Part shown: positions 41,229-56,488 of the stretch, one piece after another
Position numbering within the stretch: position 1 is the stretch's first letter
Layout of the letters: each line of letters opens with the position of its first letter
Position numbers and translations under genes: made by a program
Notes under the pieces: generated by a model
Seen by the model: the letters and a program-made list of their open reading frames with translations, nothing else
The model's database searches: none
Told to the model about the DNA's origin: nothing
Source: Eledone cirrhosa
Taxonomy: Eukaryota
Direction: 5' to 3'
NCBI GenBank assembly: GCA_964016885.1
Contig: OZ024747.1
Location: forward strand, 42,346,001-42,410,000
Length of the DNA stretch: 64,000 nucleotides

Positions 41229-42095
41229 TACACACTCACACACATACATATACATACAAAGATACATGTGTTTTTCGCATTTTTCCATAACACAGTTTTA
41301 CTGTTAGTTTTGACTGTTCTATTTCGTTCACATGTATTATTGTATTGAGTTTCTATATAGATTACTATAAATAAATATTTTTATTAACGTAATTAAACGA
41401 TCTTCTTTTGGGGATGTCCTTTATTTTACTGGTATTCAAACGCAACATGTCTGAATGATTAAAATATCTGAATGATAAGACTTTCAGAATCAGAAAGTCC
41501 GGGGTTCGAACCCATTGTGTATTGGTATCTTGGGCATGTATCATTTACCATATACTCAGGTCAGAGGCATAACTAGGGGAAATAGCGCCTATGGCAAGTA
41601 GAACCTGTTCCTACTCCATGTGGAACCAATGGCACGTACCATGCTCGCCGTACCCTAATTACGCTTCTGTCTCGGGTTGACGCAAGCCTTGTGAGTGAAA
41701 TTGGGGAGACGGAAACTGTTTGAAAGCTGGTCGTGCTGACTGTACCTGTAATTCTATGGACCAGCCTTGATTTATCGTCATGCTGAATCTCCCTGAGAAA
41801 TACGTTAAGGATACACGTGTCTGTGGAATGCACACCGACTTACACGTTGATTTCATAATCAGATTGTTCCGCTGTTCGAAAAATTTGAAATCGATCAACG
41901 TCCATCGATTAATTAACCGATGAAAAAAAGAACCCATTTCATTCTATGTTAAACGCTAAAAATGAAAAACTGTTAAGATAATTAAAACCAAGCTGTTTCT
42001 ATAACTTTGTATGTTGAAGGTTTCATTGTTTATTCTAATCCGGACCAACTCCAAAATGGTTGGCTGATTCTTCACCTAGGCATTATTTCTTTTTG

Positions 42096-42310
42096 TGGTG
42101 GTTTGGCAGAATAATTAGAGAGTCGAACAAAATATTTTATAGCTCTCAGTTACGACCCATTTCGTTCTGGTTTCAAATCCCGCCGAGATCGACTTTACCT
42201 TTCATCTTTCCGGGATCGATAAAATAAAGTACCAGTTTCGTACTGGGATTAATGTTGTCAACTTTCTCCTTCCTACAAATTGTTGGCCTTTTAACTAAAT
42301 TAAAAACCGT
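42096..42310 (+). mobile_element. SINE family A, diverged
   Basis: TTTCAAATCCCGCCGAG...GATAAAATAAAGTACCAG. Confidence 0.75.
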
Positions 42311-42825
42311 TATTTCTTTTTGTTGTTACTGTTCTTGTTTCGTGTGAAATAAAATGGCCACATTGATATATAGATATATCTAGCTACTGTCAGATAAAAA
42401 AGGCCAAGTGGATATATAAATATAATATATCTAGCTGAGGTGATGAATTAACAGAGCTATTAAAACGTCGGATATGACCCCTATCGCTATATAATGGATC
42501 ACGTCGGTGTCACCATTATGTAGCAATAGGGGGTCACCATTATGTAGCAAATAGATTTTTGTAGGATGAATGATAAAAAAAATGATGCAAAAATTGTGAT
42601 GTTGTTGACAACGTTTATTTTATAATAATAAAATTCTCTTGGTCATCGAATATTGAGTAATAAAATCATGACAGTAATTATCACTACATTAATTGTCTTA
42701 CTAGCTACTTTGAGCTAGCGTGAATGCATGTATCAAATAAAATGATATAGTAGAAGTTGTGTTGTATTTTACAGTAGTAGAAAAATGACAGGAAGGCAAA
42801 AGGATAGATAATGTAGGAGGGAACC

Positions 42826-42861
<36 letters not shown>

Positions 42862-43845
42862 GTTTCCTTATATTGTTCCCTTCTACATTATCTATCCTTT
42901 TGCCTTCCTGTCATTTTTCTACTACTGTAAAATACAACACAACTTCTACTGTATCATTTTATCATACGTGGTTTCTGTAGTAGCGGTCAATCTGTCGAGC
43001 TAGTAAGAGAATAGTAGGTAGAAGACTGTTTTCGTGAAGAGAATCTATAGCGTTAATAGAACTGTTCTTCTGACGTCTGAAGTAATAACTATCTCTGGTT
43101 CGGTTCTCGAAGCGATTGTATTTATAAAAATGCTATAGCTAGAAGGATGTGTATATGGTTTTTGAAACAATAGTGGCCATGTGTCTATCGTCTGTCAAGT
43201 GTCTGGGGTCACAGGTCAAGTGGTATAAACGTTTATCATAGTTGTCTTTCGACAGGACAATGGTGAGAATTCCTAACAATAAGTGGTTTTAGAGGCAAGA
43301 AATTTTGGATTCGATTTCGAATCTTCGCCAGGTAAAACATTGAGGAATTCCGTTACACATCCTTTCGAGGTCGATAAAAAAAGAACAGGTCTAGTACTGG
43401 GGTCGATTCTTCCTCTATATTTCTTTCTCATTTTCATTCTTTCACCCTCTATCATTCACTGGAAGAAATCTGCTGCGCTCAGACCTGGAGAGGAGATGGG
43501 CTCCGCCAGAGTTTTTTTTTAACGCCCTAGATACGCCGTATGTCAACACAACGCCCCAACGACTCCCTTGGGAGTTATGAGACCATGCGTGTATGCATAT
43601 CTAGCTACCTGAACACTCGTTCCGATACATACTCAGGTTTTTTGTTATCTGCGAATTAACAAGGTAAATTCTACGTAGTCCTTTTGTTTGATTTATTAAG
43701 CGAAATCCTCCTCAAACAACCCTACAGCTAAAAACAATAAGGTTAAGACGCGTTAGATAATATAGCACTAGATACCGAGAGACGGGATGGTCACAACTGG
43801 AACGTACTCGATCATATGTCTGCTCGATCAGAGTTAAACTGTATG

Positions 43846-43916
<71 letters not shown>

Positions 43917-44454
43917 ACCACCACCACCACCATCACCAACAACACGACATTTCTCTGATTAGTCTAAATAGTTGGGTGCAAGCGTGGTAGTGTAGTTAAG
44001 GAGTTAGCACCTACATGGGGTCGAGACTAAGATTGATATTTTTTATATCCGAGTGGAAGAATGTTCGGTTTTCCTTCTGCAAGCTTCACCTACAATTAGG
44101 GAAATTCCGAAGATAATATAAGCGAAGAATATGACACAAGCAGCATATAAAAAAAACTCAGTCGCCAATGATGGGACAGATCTAAAAGCAAATCCACTAC
44201 TTTTATTTGAAGTGAACAAAACGTGTAGCAAAGAATGGTTTCTGTGAGCAGGTTCTATTCCTGGAGTTAGTTATATCACACATAAACGCATAAACGTTTA
44301 TTCCCCGCGTAAGTTATAACATTTACTTCGCTAAGGGTGAGAAATGGCAGGTACGGGTGTGAGGCCAGATAAAATTGGTAAGATAATAACAATAACAGTG
44401 TTTTTTGTGTATGTGTGTTCATGTGTGACGTCCGAACGAGTATCCTCCATCTTC

Positions 44455-44720
44455 AATTTACCCTCCGGCTCTTGGTCTCAGCCGACAGGATGGAGAATAC
44501 ATTGCTCCGGTGGACGGTGAGGGACACATACTGGAACAGTCACTCCACCTCGTGGGGCTCGCACCTACGAGCGGCCAATTCCGCTCCGATAACAGTGAAC
44601 AGGGATGTGGTCCGAGAGCCAAGAACGCCGGAAGTCCCCACTACTACAGGCTCTACCTCAAACCTATCAGAAAATGACTGGTACCTAGACAGTTTAGGCC
44701 TGGCGGGCAGTCGAGACTGG
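44455..44720 (-). mobile_element. CRE-like LINE C-terminal fragment
   Basis: Minus frame reads ...RFEVEPVVVGTSGVLGSRT...IGAELAARRCEPHEVE*LFQYVSLTVHRSNVFSIL. Confidence 0.55.
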
Positions 44721-45334
44721 GCTGGTCGCCACTAGAGAAGGTGTCACAGCAATGTCTTCGCTAATGTCTTTCTAAAACGCATAAACTTCTATTCCCGGCG
44801 TTGGTTGTAACACTCACTCCGATGACGTTTATTCTCCACAAACTTAATTCAACTTTCACAAATAGTCGGGTGCTAGATTTAATCCATCGTCCGATACAAG
44901 ACCGTTTGGTACTTGGATCATTTTAGCGGATTTCATTGTTGCAATCGTTCGAAATTGGTTTCCGATCTCGGAGCGTCTGACAAAAATAGAGCCACGATCG
45001 CTGCCCTTCCCTCCTCGAATAGCCCCCCCCCCCCCCGACCAAATATTCGAGCAATTGAAAAAAAGAAATATGTTTTATACCCGCACATTTTAGTTGACTT
45101 ATTCAACACCCATATATGACTACTACCTACGTTATCGACTCTCATAGCTGAAACGTAAAATGGGATCTTGGCATGATTAAAATTCAAAACATAAAAGAAC
45201 TAATACCGAAAGACATTTATTGTGATACCTTACTAATTCCATCAATCGACTACAGCATCCCTTACGTAATAGTTTTATGTGGCAATTCCATAATTTATAC
45301 CTGTTTCCCTTTTTTTACTTTTCTTCTATCTCAG

Positions 45335-45629
45335 AAAAAACCAGTAGCAACTGTAGCCCCGACTACAAACCTACCGCAACTAAATGGAATCGACCCTGTG
45401 CAACTAGTTAACACCCGGTGTCATAATCATAGCTATGCAAAAGATGAGAGCTTTTTACTGAACAAGAAACCTGTTTCCCAACTGCCAGAATTACAGATAA
45501 ATGGCCGACTGGAACAATCTCCTATGTCTCCAGATACAACAAACAATAGTTACAGTACTAATAACATCAACGAAAGAAGCAATTGTCATTTGAATCCCTA
45601 CCGTAACCATCTGCCACTGACACCATCAG
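45335..45629 (+). CDS. DYRK4: DYRK4-like kinase, N-terminal exon (phase 0 to 1)
   Basis: Strong pyrimidine tract then CAG|; KKPVATVAP...HLPLTPS; CAG|GTAATC donor. LPLTP joins in frame to the next exon. Confidence 0.8.
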
Positions 45630-45654
45630 GTAATCTCTTTCTTTTTCTTCGCTC

Positions 45655-46050
45655 ACATTCCTCAAAGGGTCATGGGGACAGAGTTCTCAGAGACGCTTTC
45701 CAGCGGTTCCTATAGAAAGCAACCGTCTTCAAAAAATCCGGTTGGATCCCCATGCGAGACCAACCGAGCTTATGGATGATTTACAAATATGTTGCTCGTG
45801 GTCTACTTCTTGGTTTTCTATCGGTTGGTCTTTTCTGTAAAATCTGTCCGGCGGTGCTTTCTAAAGACATTCTAACCCCATGTCCGTAGTACCGGAACTA
45901 TGATCTCGACGCGGAGAAATAGCAGCTCTATTTGGGATGATTCTCTTATATCTGAGCTACGCACCCTATCGAGTAACGTTACTTCAGATCTCAGAGACTC
46001 TTCGAGAGAACCCCATTTTGGACATTTGTATTGGTGATTGTATTCTTTCA
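45655..46050 (-). mobile_element. RTE LINE 3' fragment
   Basis: Homologous to 15170-15500. Confidence 0.75.
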
Positions 46051-46428
46051 AGTAACCTGGTTTTTTTATATTAGATTATAATGTCCTTCTGAAACCAGTA
46101 ATAGAACAGTACGGATTATGATTTTATTCTTTCGCCTCTATGTTCTTGTCGAGACTATCCAAAAACTTTATGTCGCTAGTTAATCCAATATAAAAACTAC
46201 CAGCCTGAAATTAAAAAACTGAAATTGAAACTGAAATTAAAAAACCCACCAAGATTGGAAATGCAATATATTGTCAAAAATCTATCAATCATAAAAAAGA
46301 TCTTCCAGTAGATGGAGGCTACGAAAAGATCCAGCACCAGAAACTTTTAACTTCTTTATATCTGGCTGTTCTAAGTATTGAGTACTCTGGTCCGTTATGG
46401 TCCACCTGGTATCTTACCACATCCTCTT

Positions 46429-46507
<79 letters not shown>

Positions 46508-46509
46508 TA

Positions 46510-46975
46510 TACGTATATATATATATATGAATGTATGTATAGTATATTTGGCAATATACCGTATGTTTAATTAAAAACATTTTTAAGACCTTGCGATATC
46601 GCTTTTAAAGTAGTGACTATGTCACTTACTTCTTTTTTTCGGCAAAAGAAGGGAGAGAAGCTAACAGAGTCTGTTTCACACTGTTGGTGATCATCAGAGC
46701 AACGTACTCCCTTTGCTGAAAATCATACAAGCTGGATTCTTATAGAATTCCAGTAATAATCAAGAGCTGATTATACAGAGCCATTGCCGGTCCAGCAAAA
46801 ATTAGGTATTACGATTGGTGCTCTTTGCCGAAAAAAAAAAGAAGTAAGTGACATAGTCACTACTTTAAAAATGATATCGCAAGGTCTTAAAAATGTTTTT
46901 AATTAAACATACGGTATATTGCCAAATATACTATACATACATTCATATATACATCGTTATTTCAGAGCACCAATC

Positions 46976-46980
<5 letters not shown>
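46510..46980. mobile_element. Fold-back Penelope-like element in (TA)n
   Basis: ~46520-46646 is inverted at ~46824-46950, followed by a ~28-nt tail; a hammerhead sits in the spacer. Confidence 0.75.
46642..46716 (-). ncRNA. Type-I hammerhead ribozyme with an extended stem I
   Basis: GGGAG-TACGTT-GCT-CTGATGA-T-CAC(CAACA)GTG-T-GAAA-CAG(ACT)CTG-TT-AGC-TTCT-CTCCC. Confidence 0.75.
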
Positions 46981-47021
<41 letters not shown>

Positions 47022-47198
47022 AACCAGTAAGACCCCGACAGCTGAGCTCAAGCCGTTTCGACGTCCAGAATTAGCCGTCGAAACGGCTTGAGCTCAGCTG
47101 TCGGGGTCTTACTGGTTCCTATTACCCACTCTACTACCTCAAGTATTGAGTACTTTGGTGCGTTATGGTCCACCTGGTTCCTTACCACATTTCCTTCG

Positions 47199-47269
<71 letters not shown>

Positions 47270-47646
47270 CATTATATATATAATAGTTTTCCGGCATATG
47301 TATAAATATATATAAATGTGAAAAGTTTGTATATCGAATAATATACGATATGTTTACCACTAAATATTTGAAAGCCTTTAACTACGGATTTTAAAAGTGC
47401 TGGCTGGCGCCACCTACCGAATCCCAGCAGAAGCAATAGGGAAGTTACCGACAGCTACCGATTATCCACATTTTTCCCTTCAACAGATTATATGCCCCGA
47501 TTAATCCACAAGTATTTTTATAGTGATAATCTATACGTCATGGGCCTTTGATCCATAGCAAATACAAACTTCGAGATTATACATCTCTCTCTCTCTCTCA
47601 AGCAAAGAAAAGCGGACGTAAAATGATGATGATGATGATATATATA

Positions 47647-47726
<80 letters not shown>

Positions 47727-47751
47727 TTATATATATATATTATATATATAT

Positions 47752-47836
<85 letters not shown>

Positions 47837-48014
47837 TTATATATATATGTATATATATGTATATATATATGTATGTATATATGTATGTATATATGTATGT
47901 ATATATATGTATATATATGTATGTATATATATGTATATATATATATGTATGTATATATGTATGTATATATATGTATATATATATGTATGTATATATGTAT
48001 GTATATATATATAT

Positions 48015-48472
48015 TTGTTAAAGGGCAAAGGAGCTCTTAAGAGTCAATGGCCATCCAAAATCACCGGGAGAGATGACCCCTTAGCCTTTGTCAAGGCAGA
48101 ATTCTAGGAGAAGGAAAACTCTGATATAACACCTGCAACCTTGATGGTATCCAATGATGTTGACTTGTTCTTCTTTTTGGTAAATATCATCTTGGTTAAG
48201 AGAGTGGGACTGGCTTTGTGCAGAGCCTTTGCTCACTATAAAAGCTTCACGGCACAGGCATTGCTTTATATCTGGAGATCTCTCTGTACTTGTCGTCACA
48301 TGGTACCATGGGCCCAGCACTATGTGTCAATAATTGTCACAAGTGTAGTGTTTGTACCAGAGTTTTCAAGTCGCTGGCTGGACTAAAACGTCACACTCGT
48401 TCAGCGCATCGGTAGGGGTTCTCCTACATGGATATAAAGTAGTGGCCGTACTCGAAAACGAGTTGGCAGCCA

Positions 48473-48475
<3 letters not shown>
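48015..48475 (+). mobile_element. Retroposon family B
   Basis: Near-identical to 51996-52457; in (TA)n. Confidence 0.85.
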
Positions 48476-48523
<48 letters not shown>

Positions 48524-48606
48524 GGAAAATTTGAACAGGAACAAAACAGAGAGGCAGTACAACGAATGTTTATTAATTTCACGCTCTGGAGAGTGGTGTG
48601 GTGGTG

Positions 48607-48648
48607 GAGAACGACGTTTCGGGCATAAGCCCTTCCTCAGGTGAGAAG
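48607..48648 (-). ncRNA. Penelope-type hammerhead core lacking a clear stem I
   Basis: CTGAGGA-A-GGGC(TTAT)GCCC-GAAA-CGTCG-TT. Confidence 0.55.
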
Positions 48649-48817
48649 TGTGTGGGAAGAGAGTTCAAAGGGTGTGTAGGGGAGTGGTGGAGATACATAT
48701 AGCGAAAAGGGGGTGGGAGGAAACGGTGCGAATGAAATTAAAAATAAAAATAAAAATAAAGCATGATCAAAATAAAATGAAATGAAATAAAAATAAAAGC
48801 ATAATCAAAATAAACTG

Positions 48818-48911
<94 letters not shown>

Positions 48912-48965
48912 TATATATATGTATGTATATATATATGTATATATATATATATGTATATATATATG

Positions 48966-49017
<52 letters not shown>

Positions 49018-49228
49018 TATGTATATATATATGTATGTATATATATGTATATATATATGTATGTATATATATATATATGTATATATATATATGATTATAT
49101 TTAGAAGGTGAGTAATGTTGTAGAACAATAAAACTATGCATATATCAGATAAGTAGTACTCAACAGTTGGTAGAACTGTTTATGATTATTTCTATATATG
49201 ATTATAAATATTTCTGGTTATTTTGCAG

Positions 49229-49392
49229 ACTCTGTTAATCATTACAAAGATAGGCTGACAAATTATGAACAAACAGAGATCTTTGACTATACAGAGGTCT
49301 GGTTTCTAGGGATTGATGCCAAGAAGATTGAGGGTTGCCCTGGGAAAGCTGGAAACTGTGGGTACGACGACGAAAATGGATCCTACCTGAAG
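49229..49392 (+). CDS. DYRK4: DYRK4-like kinase exon, NAPA/DH-box region (phase 1 to 0)
   Basis: DSVNHYKDRLTNYEQTEIFDYTEVWFLGIDAKKIEG...GYDDENGSYLK; TTTTGCAG| acceptor and AAG|GTAATT donor. Confidence 0.95.
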
Positions 49393-50605
49393 GTAATTTC
49401 ATTCTTTTTTTCTGTATTTTATTGATAAGAGAGGGACATATAAACAGAACTGTCGACAAACGGACAGACATACAGATGGGTATATGAAAGGATTTTCCGA
49501 CAATCGAACAGGCATACAGGTGGATGTATGTACGAACTTTACGACAATTGCACAGATATACAGATGAATATATGAACCAACTTTCCAACAGGCAAACAGA
49601 TTGATATCTGATGTACAGACAAACAGATTGATATTTGTACAGACTTTCCGACAGACCGACAAACATACACATGGATTTATGAAGGGACTTTCCAACAAAA
49701 GGACAGACATACAAATAGATATATGAACGAACTTTCCGACAGGCGGACAAATTCAGAAACCAACAGATAGACAGACTGCCTTTAGTGGTAATAGATTTTA
49801 TGCGTTTATAATGATAGAAAAGCATCCACAACGTTACAATATTGTAAATCTTTACTTTGTAGCTAGTCTTGTATCAACCATAATAATATTTCATGTGTGT
49901 TTGTATATTAATATATAAATCTCCATCTGTAACTTTATAATTTACACACACCACACAATGCATTTCTTATCTCAGTTATAATGCAATAATAAGTTCGCTT
50001 TCAAATCCCAAAGTCCTATAAGTCGCTATAAATAGTTATTTCTCCAAAGTTACTCATACATTCAATCCTGTATGTCATTTGTACATATATACTGAGATAT
50101 ATTATTTAAAAAACATTTTTATCTTTAATCACGTCCACGTGTCAGTAATCAATATAATTTATAGGGTTTCTCTTATGCAAACCATTAATTTATCAAAACA
50201 CAAATTCCCCAGCTTGTATGATTATTCATATATCCAGTAATCCTGGTATATATGTCCAAAATATTACTCAATAGATCAAAGTACCTTAAATTAAATGAAA
50301 ACTTCTGTAAAATACATTTATTCTGGATAAAACATTATTTATTTCTGTAATATATCATGTAAATAGTTTAATAGAAAAAGAAAAAAAAGGAAAATTTAGA
50401 TTGAGAAGAATGGAATGTCAAATAGGAAAATATAAAGAAAAAACCCCGGACAAGAGCTCGAGTGTCACAGAAGAACGGGGAGGGGTGAGGGTGAAGGTGA
50501 TTGGTCTATGGGCCAAGGACGCGGTGGTAATTGCGTTGCGCCCCGCGGACAAGACCGCCAAAAGCCTTCCCGCGGATCTTATGATTGATTATTGATCAGT
50601 TAATA

Positions 50606-50917
<312 letters not shown>

Positions 50918-50934
50918 TAATTTAGCGATCAATT

Positions 50935-51190
50935 AGGTCATTACCTCGCGGAGCAAGGTGGTTGGTCACGCTTGGAGATCCAGCCGGCGGATCAGTTGGA
51001 GACGGTTGCTTCTGACTGGACCTGCTGGAAGGAGTGTTTGAGGACTCTGGCCCCACTGACCCTCACGGGAATAAGTGGGAGAAGAAGAAGAAGAAGAAGA
51101 AGAAGAAGAAGAAGAAGAAGAAGAAGAAGAAGAAGAAGAAGAAACAGAAGAAGAAACAGAAGAAGAAGAAGAAGAAACAGAAGAAGAAAC

Positions 51191-51221
<31 letters not shown>

Positions 51222-51284
51222 GAAGAAACAGAAGAAGAAGAAGAAGAAGAAGAAGAAGAAGAAGAAGACGACGACGAAAAAGAA

Positions 51285-51316
<32 letters not shown>

Positions 51317-51460
51317 AGAAGAAGACGACGAAGAAGAAGAAAAAGAAGAAAAAGAAGTAGAAGAAACAGAAGAAGAAGAAGAAGAAGAAGAAGAAGAAGA
51401 AGAAGAAGAAGAAACAGAAGAAGAAGAAGAAGAAGAAGAAGAAGAAGAAGAAGAAGACGA
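50935..51460 (+). mobile_element. RTE 3' end with a ~380-nt (GAA)n tail
   Basis: 50935-51080 matches the reverse complement of 15145-15310, then runs into an interrupted GAA repeat. Confidence 0.8.
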
Positions 51461-51746
51461 ATCACGTCATTTCCTCATTATAAAATGTATTTCTGAATCC
51501 ATCGTTGAGAGAATTTCTTGATTTCAGTTGTATTTTGGTGTTTCCTAGTAACCAGTGGATTTTAGTTAATCTCTCAACAAGTATTCTTTCCAAGTTGATT
51601 GAGACATTCAGTTGGAAAGTGAAATGTTGACTCAAGAATATCACCTCCTAATCTATGTCTCCTGTTAATCTCAATTTAATCACACCTTCTTTTGATTAAT
51701 CTCTCTACTGTCCCAACTACACTTACATATGTGATTACATACGTAA

Positions 51747-51835
<89 letters not shown>

Positions 51836-51857
51836 ATATATATATATATACACATAT

Positions 51858-52570
<713 letters not shown>

Positions 52571-52571
52571 G

Positions 52572-52604
<33 letters not shown>

Positions 52605-52661
52605 GTATATATATGTATATATATATATATATGTATATATATGTATATATATATATATATG

Positions 52662-52733
<72 letters not shown>

Positions 52734-52743
52734 TATATATATA

Positions 52744-52816
<73 letters not shown>

Positions 52817-53191
52817 ATGTGTATATGTATCTCTGTGTGTATAAGTGTGTATTTATATATATATGTGTGTGTGTGTCTATATAAGTGTGTGTATATATAT
52901 ATATATTACATACATGCTTGTGGAATGGACCTTCCTCGGTTTCTACAATGAATGAAGTTAACGAGCAAGTGGCTGAGCATTCTACTGACATGTGTACCCC
53001 TAACGTAGCTATCAGAGAGATAGTAACGTTAAGGGTACACGTGTCAGTGTAAAAGAGGAATGACCAAATGAGGGTTATTCTTCAACATAGTCCCTGGAAA
53101 GAAACAAAGCATGAATTTCACAGCTCTAGCATCACTCCTTCATAGTCAGCCTATGAACTTTTCAGCCCACATACATACATGATGATGATGA

Positions 53192-53800
53192 TGGCTGCCC
53201 CCTACTCATTTTCGAGTACGGCCACTACTTTATATCCATGTAGGAGAACCCCTAGCGATGTGCTGAACGAGTGTGACTTTTTAGTCCAGCCAGCGACTTG
53301 AAAACTCTGGTACAAACACTACACTTGTGACAATTATTGACACATAGTGCTGGGCCCATGGTACCATGTGATGACAAGTGTAGAGAGATCTCCAGATATA
53401 AAGCAATGCCTGTGCCGTGAAGCTTTTATAGTGAGCAAAGGCACTGCACAAAGTCAGTCCCACTCTCTTAACCAAGATGATATTTACCAAAAAGAAGAAC
53501 AAGTCAACATCATTGGATACCATCAGGGTTGCAGGTGTTATATCAGAGTTTTCCTTCTCCTAGAATTCTGCCTTGACAAAGGCTAAGGAGTCATCTCTCC
53601 CGGTGATTTTGGATGGCCATTGACTCTTAAGAGCTCTTTTGCCCTTTGACAGGTTTTGTTTTTAGTCCTGCAGCATGTCCAAAGTCACCCTCCTCACCAA
53701 GAAACCTTGGTGGGGATGCCAGTTTAGTCGCCAACGACCCGACCATGAGACAGGTTGTACTGGGATACATTTTACTAGCAGCACCAACTGGTGACCTGAC
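53192..53800 (-). mobile_element. Retroposon family B, near full-length, inverted
   Basis: Reverse complement of 51858-52457 with a (CAT)n tail; a diverged relative lies at ~54080-54575. Confidence 0.85.
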
Positions 53801-53899
53801 ATACATACATACATGCATATATACATACACACATACATATATATACATACACACATACATACATACATACATACATACATACATACATACATACATACA

Positions 53900-53933
<34 letters not shown>

Positions 53934-54754
53934 CATATATACATACACACATACATATATATACATACATACATGATGGCTACGCTATCGTTATCGAGTA
54001 TGGCCATTGCACGATATACCATTATTAATAATTATTAAATAATTCTATCGTGCAATGTGCGTGAACATATTTTTTAAAGTTAGGAAAGACTGTGCACTGA
54101 GCCAATCCCACTCTCTGAGCTACAGTAGCTATAACGCGAAAAGAAGAAAAGATCAACATCATCGGTAACTACTGAGCCGCAGGTTTTATATTGGAGTTAT
54201 CCCAGTTTCCTGAGTTGCCTTCTCCCAGAAGAATGCCCTGACAGAGGCTAGGGGTCCTTCACCCCCAGAGGTTTAACCACGCGATCGGGTGTCCAGCCCG
54301 ACTATTTCTATGTCCCCGCGCATATACACACACATGCACCCGTGTATATACACATACATATGTACATGTGTATATACATATTTACACAGTTTTGGATGAC
54401 CGTTGACTCTTATGAGTTCTTCTGCCCTTTGTCAGGTTTTGTTTTTTGTCCTGCAGGGTGTCCAAAATCAGCCTCCTCACCAAGTAAACTTGGCGGGGTT
54501 GCCGGTTTAGTCGCCGACGACCCGACCATGTGACAGGTTGTACTGGGTTACATGTTACCAGTACCAGTGACCCGATACATATATATATATGTACACACAT
54601 ATATATATATACATATATATATACATATATACACATATACATATATATATACATATATATATACATATATATATACATATATACACATATACATATACAT
54701 ATATACACATATACATATATATATACACATACACATATACATATATATATATAC

Positions 54755-54804
<50 letters not shown>

Positions 54805-54891
54805 CACATATACACACATATATATATACATACACATATACACACACACACATATATACATACACACACACACATATATATACATACACAT

Positions 54892-54978
<87 letters not shown>

Positions 54979-56246
54979 TATATATATACATACATATTTA
55001 TATACATACATCTTTCAAGTGCCAACATAATAGATCGGTGGACAGGAACCAAAAATCACGTACTGCTGTAGGAATTAGAAACCTATTGAATGTTAATATA
55101 TCACCTAAACTCGGAAGAAGAAGAAGAAGAAGAAGAAGAAGAAGAAGAGCATACATACATATGTATAGTCCTTGTAGAATCCGTTTTTTACTCTATTTAT
55201 ATGAAAAGTGCCTATTTGTACCTTTTAATCGTGTGTGAACATGCTTAGATTTGTAAATAATTCAGTTGTAATCTTACTAAACGGGGATTCGGGAGAAAGG
55301 GTTTACACACACATTTTCTACTAAATCATTACAGGATGTTAAGTGTTAAATAAATATAGTTACATGAATTCACTACATTTTCGATAAACTGCTTTTAAAA
55401 AGAAGCTATCAATCTTTAGTTAGTCCGAGAATATTGATTCAATGAAAAAAATATTGCATCCAAGCAATTTAGAAGAGGGCTCAAGTTGAGCAAAACAAAT
55501 ATATATCGAACCTAAAATGATGTTTCATTCTTACATTTTTTGTTGGAAAAGACGCAGCATGGCCTAATGGTTACAAAGCTCGTTTTGCAATCATTAGATC
55601 CCGAGTTCCATTCAACTACGTGACATTTCAAGCAAGTATTATTTACCGTGGGTTATTTAGTTAGATTCTCTACGTTCTGATCTCAAATCCTATCAATGTC
55701 AGTTTTACTTTTTAACCTAGATCGATAAACTAAAGTATCTGTCTAGTACTGGAGTGGACATTAATCGATTATACTCTCCAACCAAAATTGTAGGTCTTAT
55801 CACCTATACTATATGCATGCATGGTCCTGTAACTCCTGGCGAAATCGTAGGTGCGCAGTAGGGATATACAGCGTTTCTTGGGTATTTTAAAACCAGGTGG
55901 AGCCTATCTCCTCTCCAGATCTGAATACAGCAGATTTCTTCCAGGGGAGGATAGTGAATGAATGGAAGTGAGAAAGAGATATATAGAGAGAATCGACCCC
56001 AGTCCGGTTCTGGAGTCGATTCTACCTCTAAATATCTTTCCAACTTCCTCTCTCTCACTTTCTCCCGAAGAAATCTGTTGTATCCTGGAAACGGATGGGC
56101 TACACAAAGTTTAAAATGCCCGAAACGACACCCTTACTACTCCACTCGGAGTTAGAGTTCATACTTACCTAACTAACAAAATTTAATGACACCAACAACG
56201 ATAAAACAAATTTCTACAGTGAAGAATTTAACATTGAAACATTATT

Positions 56247-56432
56247 TGTGGATTGGCAGTATCGCTAGAGGGTCGGACGCCATGCTTTCCAGCATAGTTA
56301 CATCCATTTACGATCTGAGTTCAAATCCCGCCGAGGTTGACTTTGCCTTTCATCCTTACGGGGTCGATAAAATAAAGTACCAGTAATGCACTGGGTAATT
56401 GCTGGCCTTGTGCCTAAAGTAGAAACAATTAT
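56247..56432 (+). mobile_element. SINE family A
   Basis: Matches 11431-11619; ends ~56 nt upstream of the exon. Confidence 0.85.
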
Positions 56433-56488
56433 TTAACATCCGTTTTTCCTGCTGTTGTTATTATGTTTTTCTTTCATTTTAACGAAAG

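Noticed and set aside
48081-48386. 79-81 aa ORFs repeated at several loci
   Set aside because: They recur only because family B copies are young. They occur on both strands, are broken in other copies and have no recognisable domain.
53715-53800. HDV-like ribozyme at the 5' end of family B (GG-GTCG-TTGG-CGA-CTAA-ACTGG resembles P4-J4/2-P2)
   Set aside because: I could not build convincing P1, P3 and L3 pairings by eye; it needs a descriptor search.
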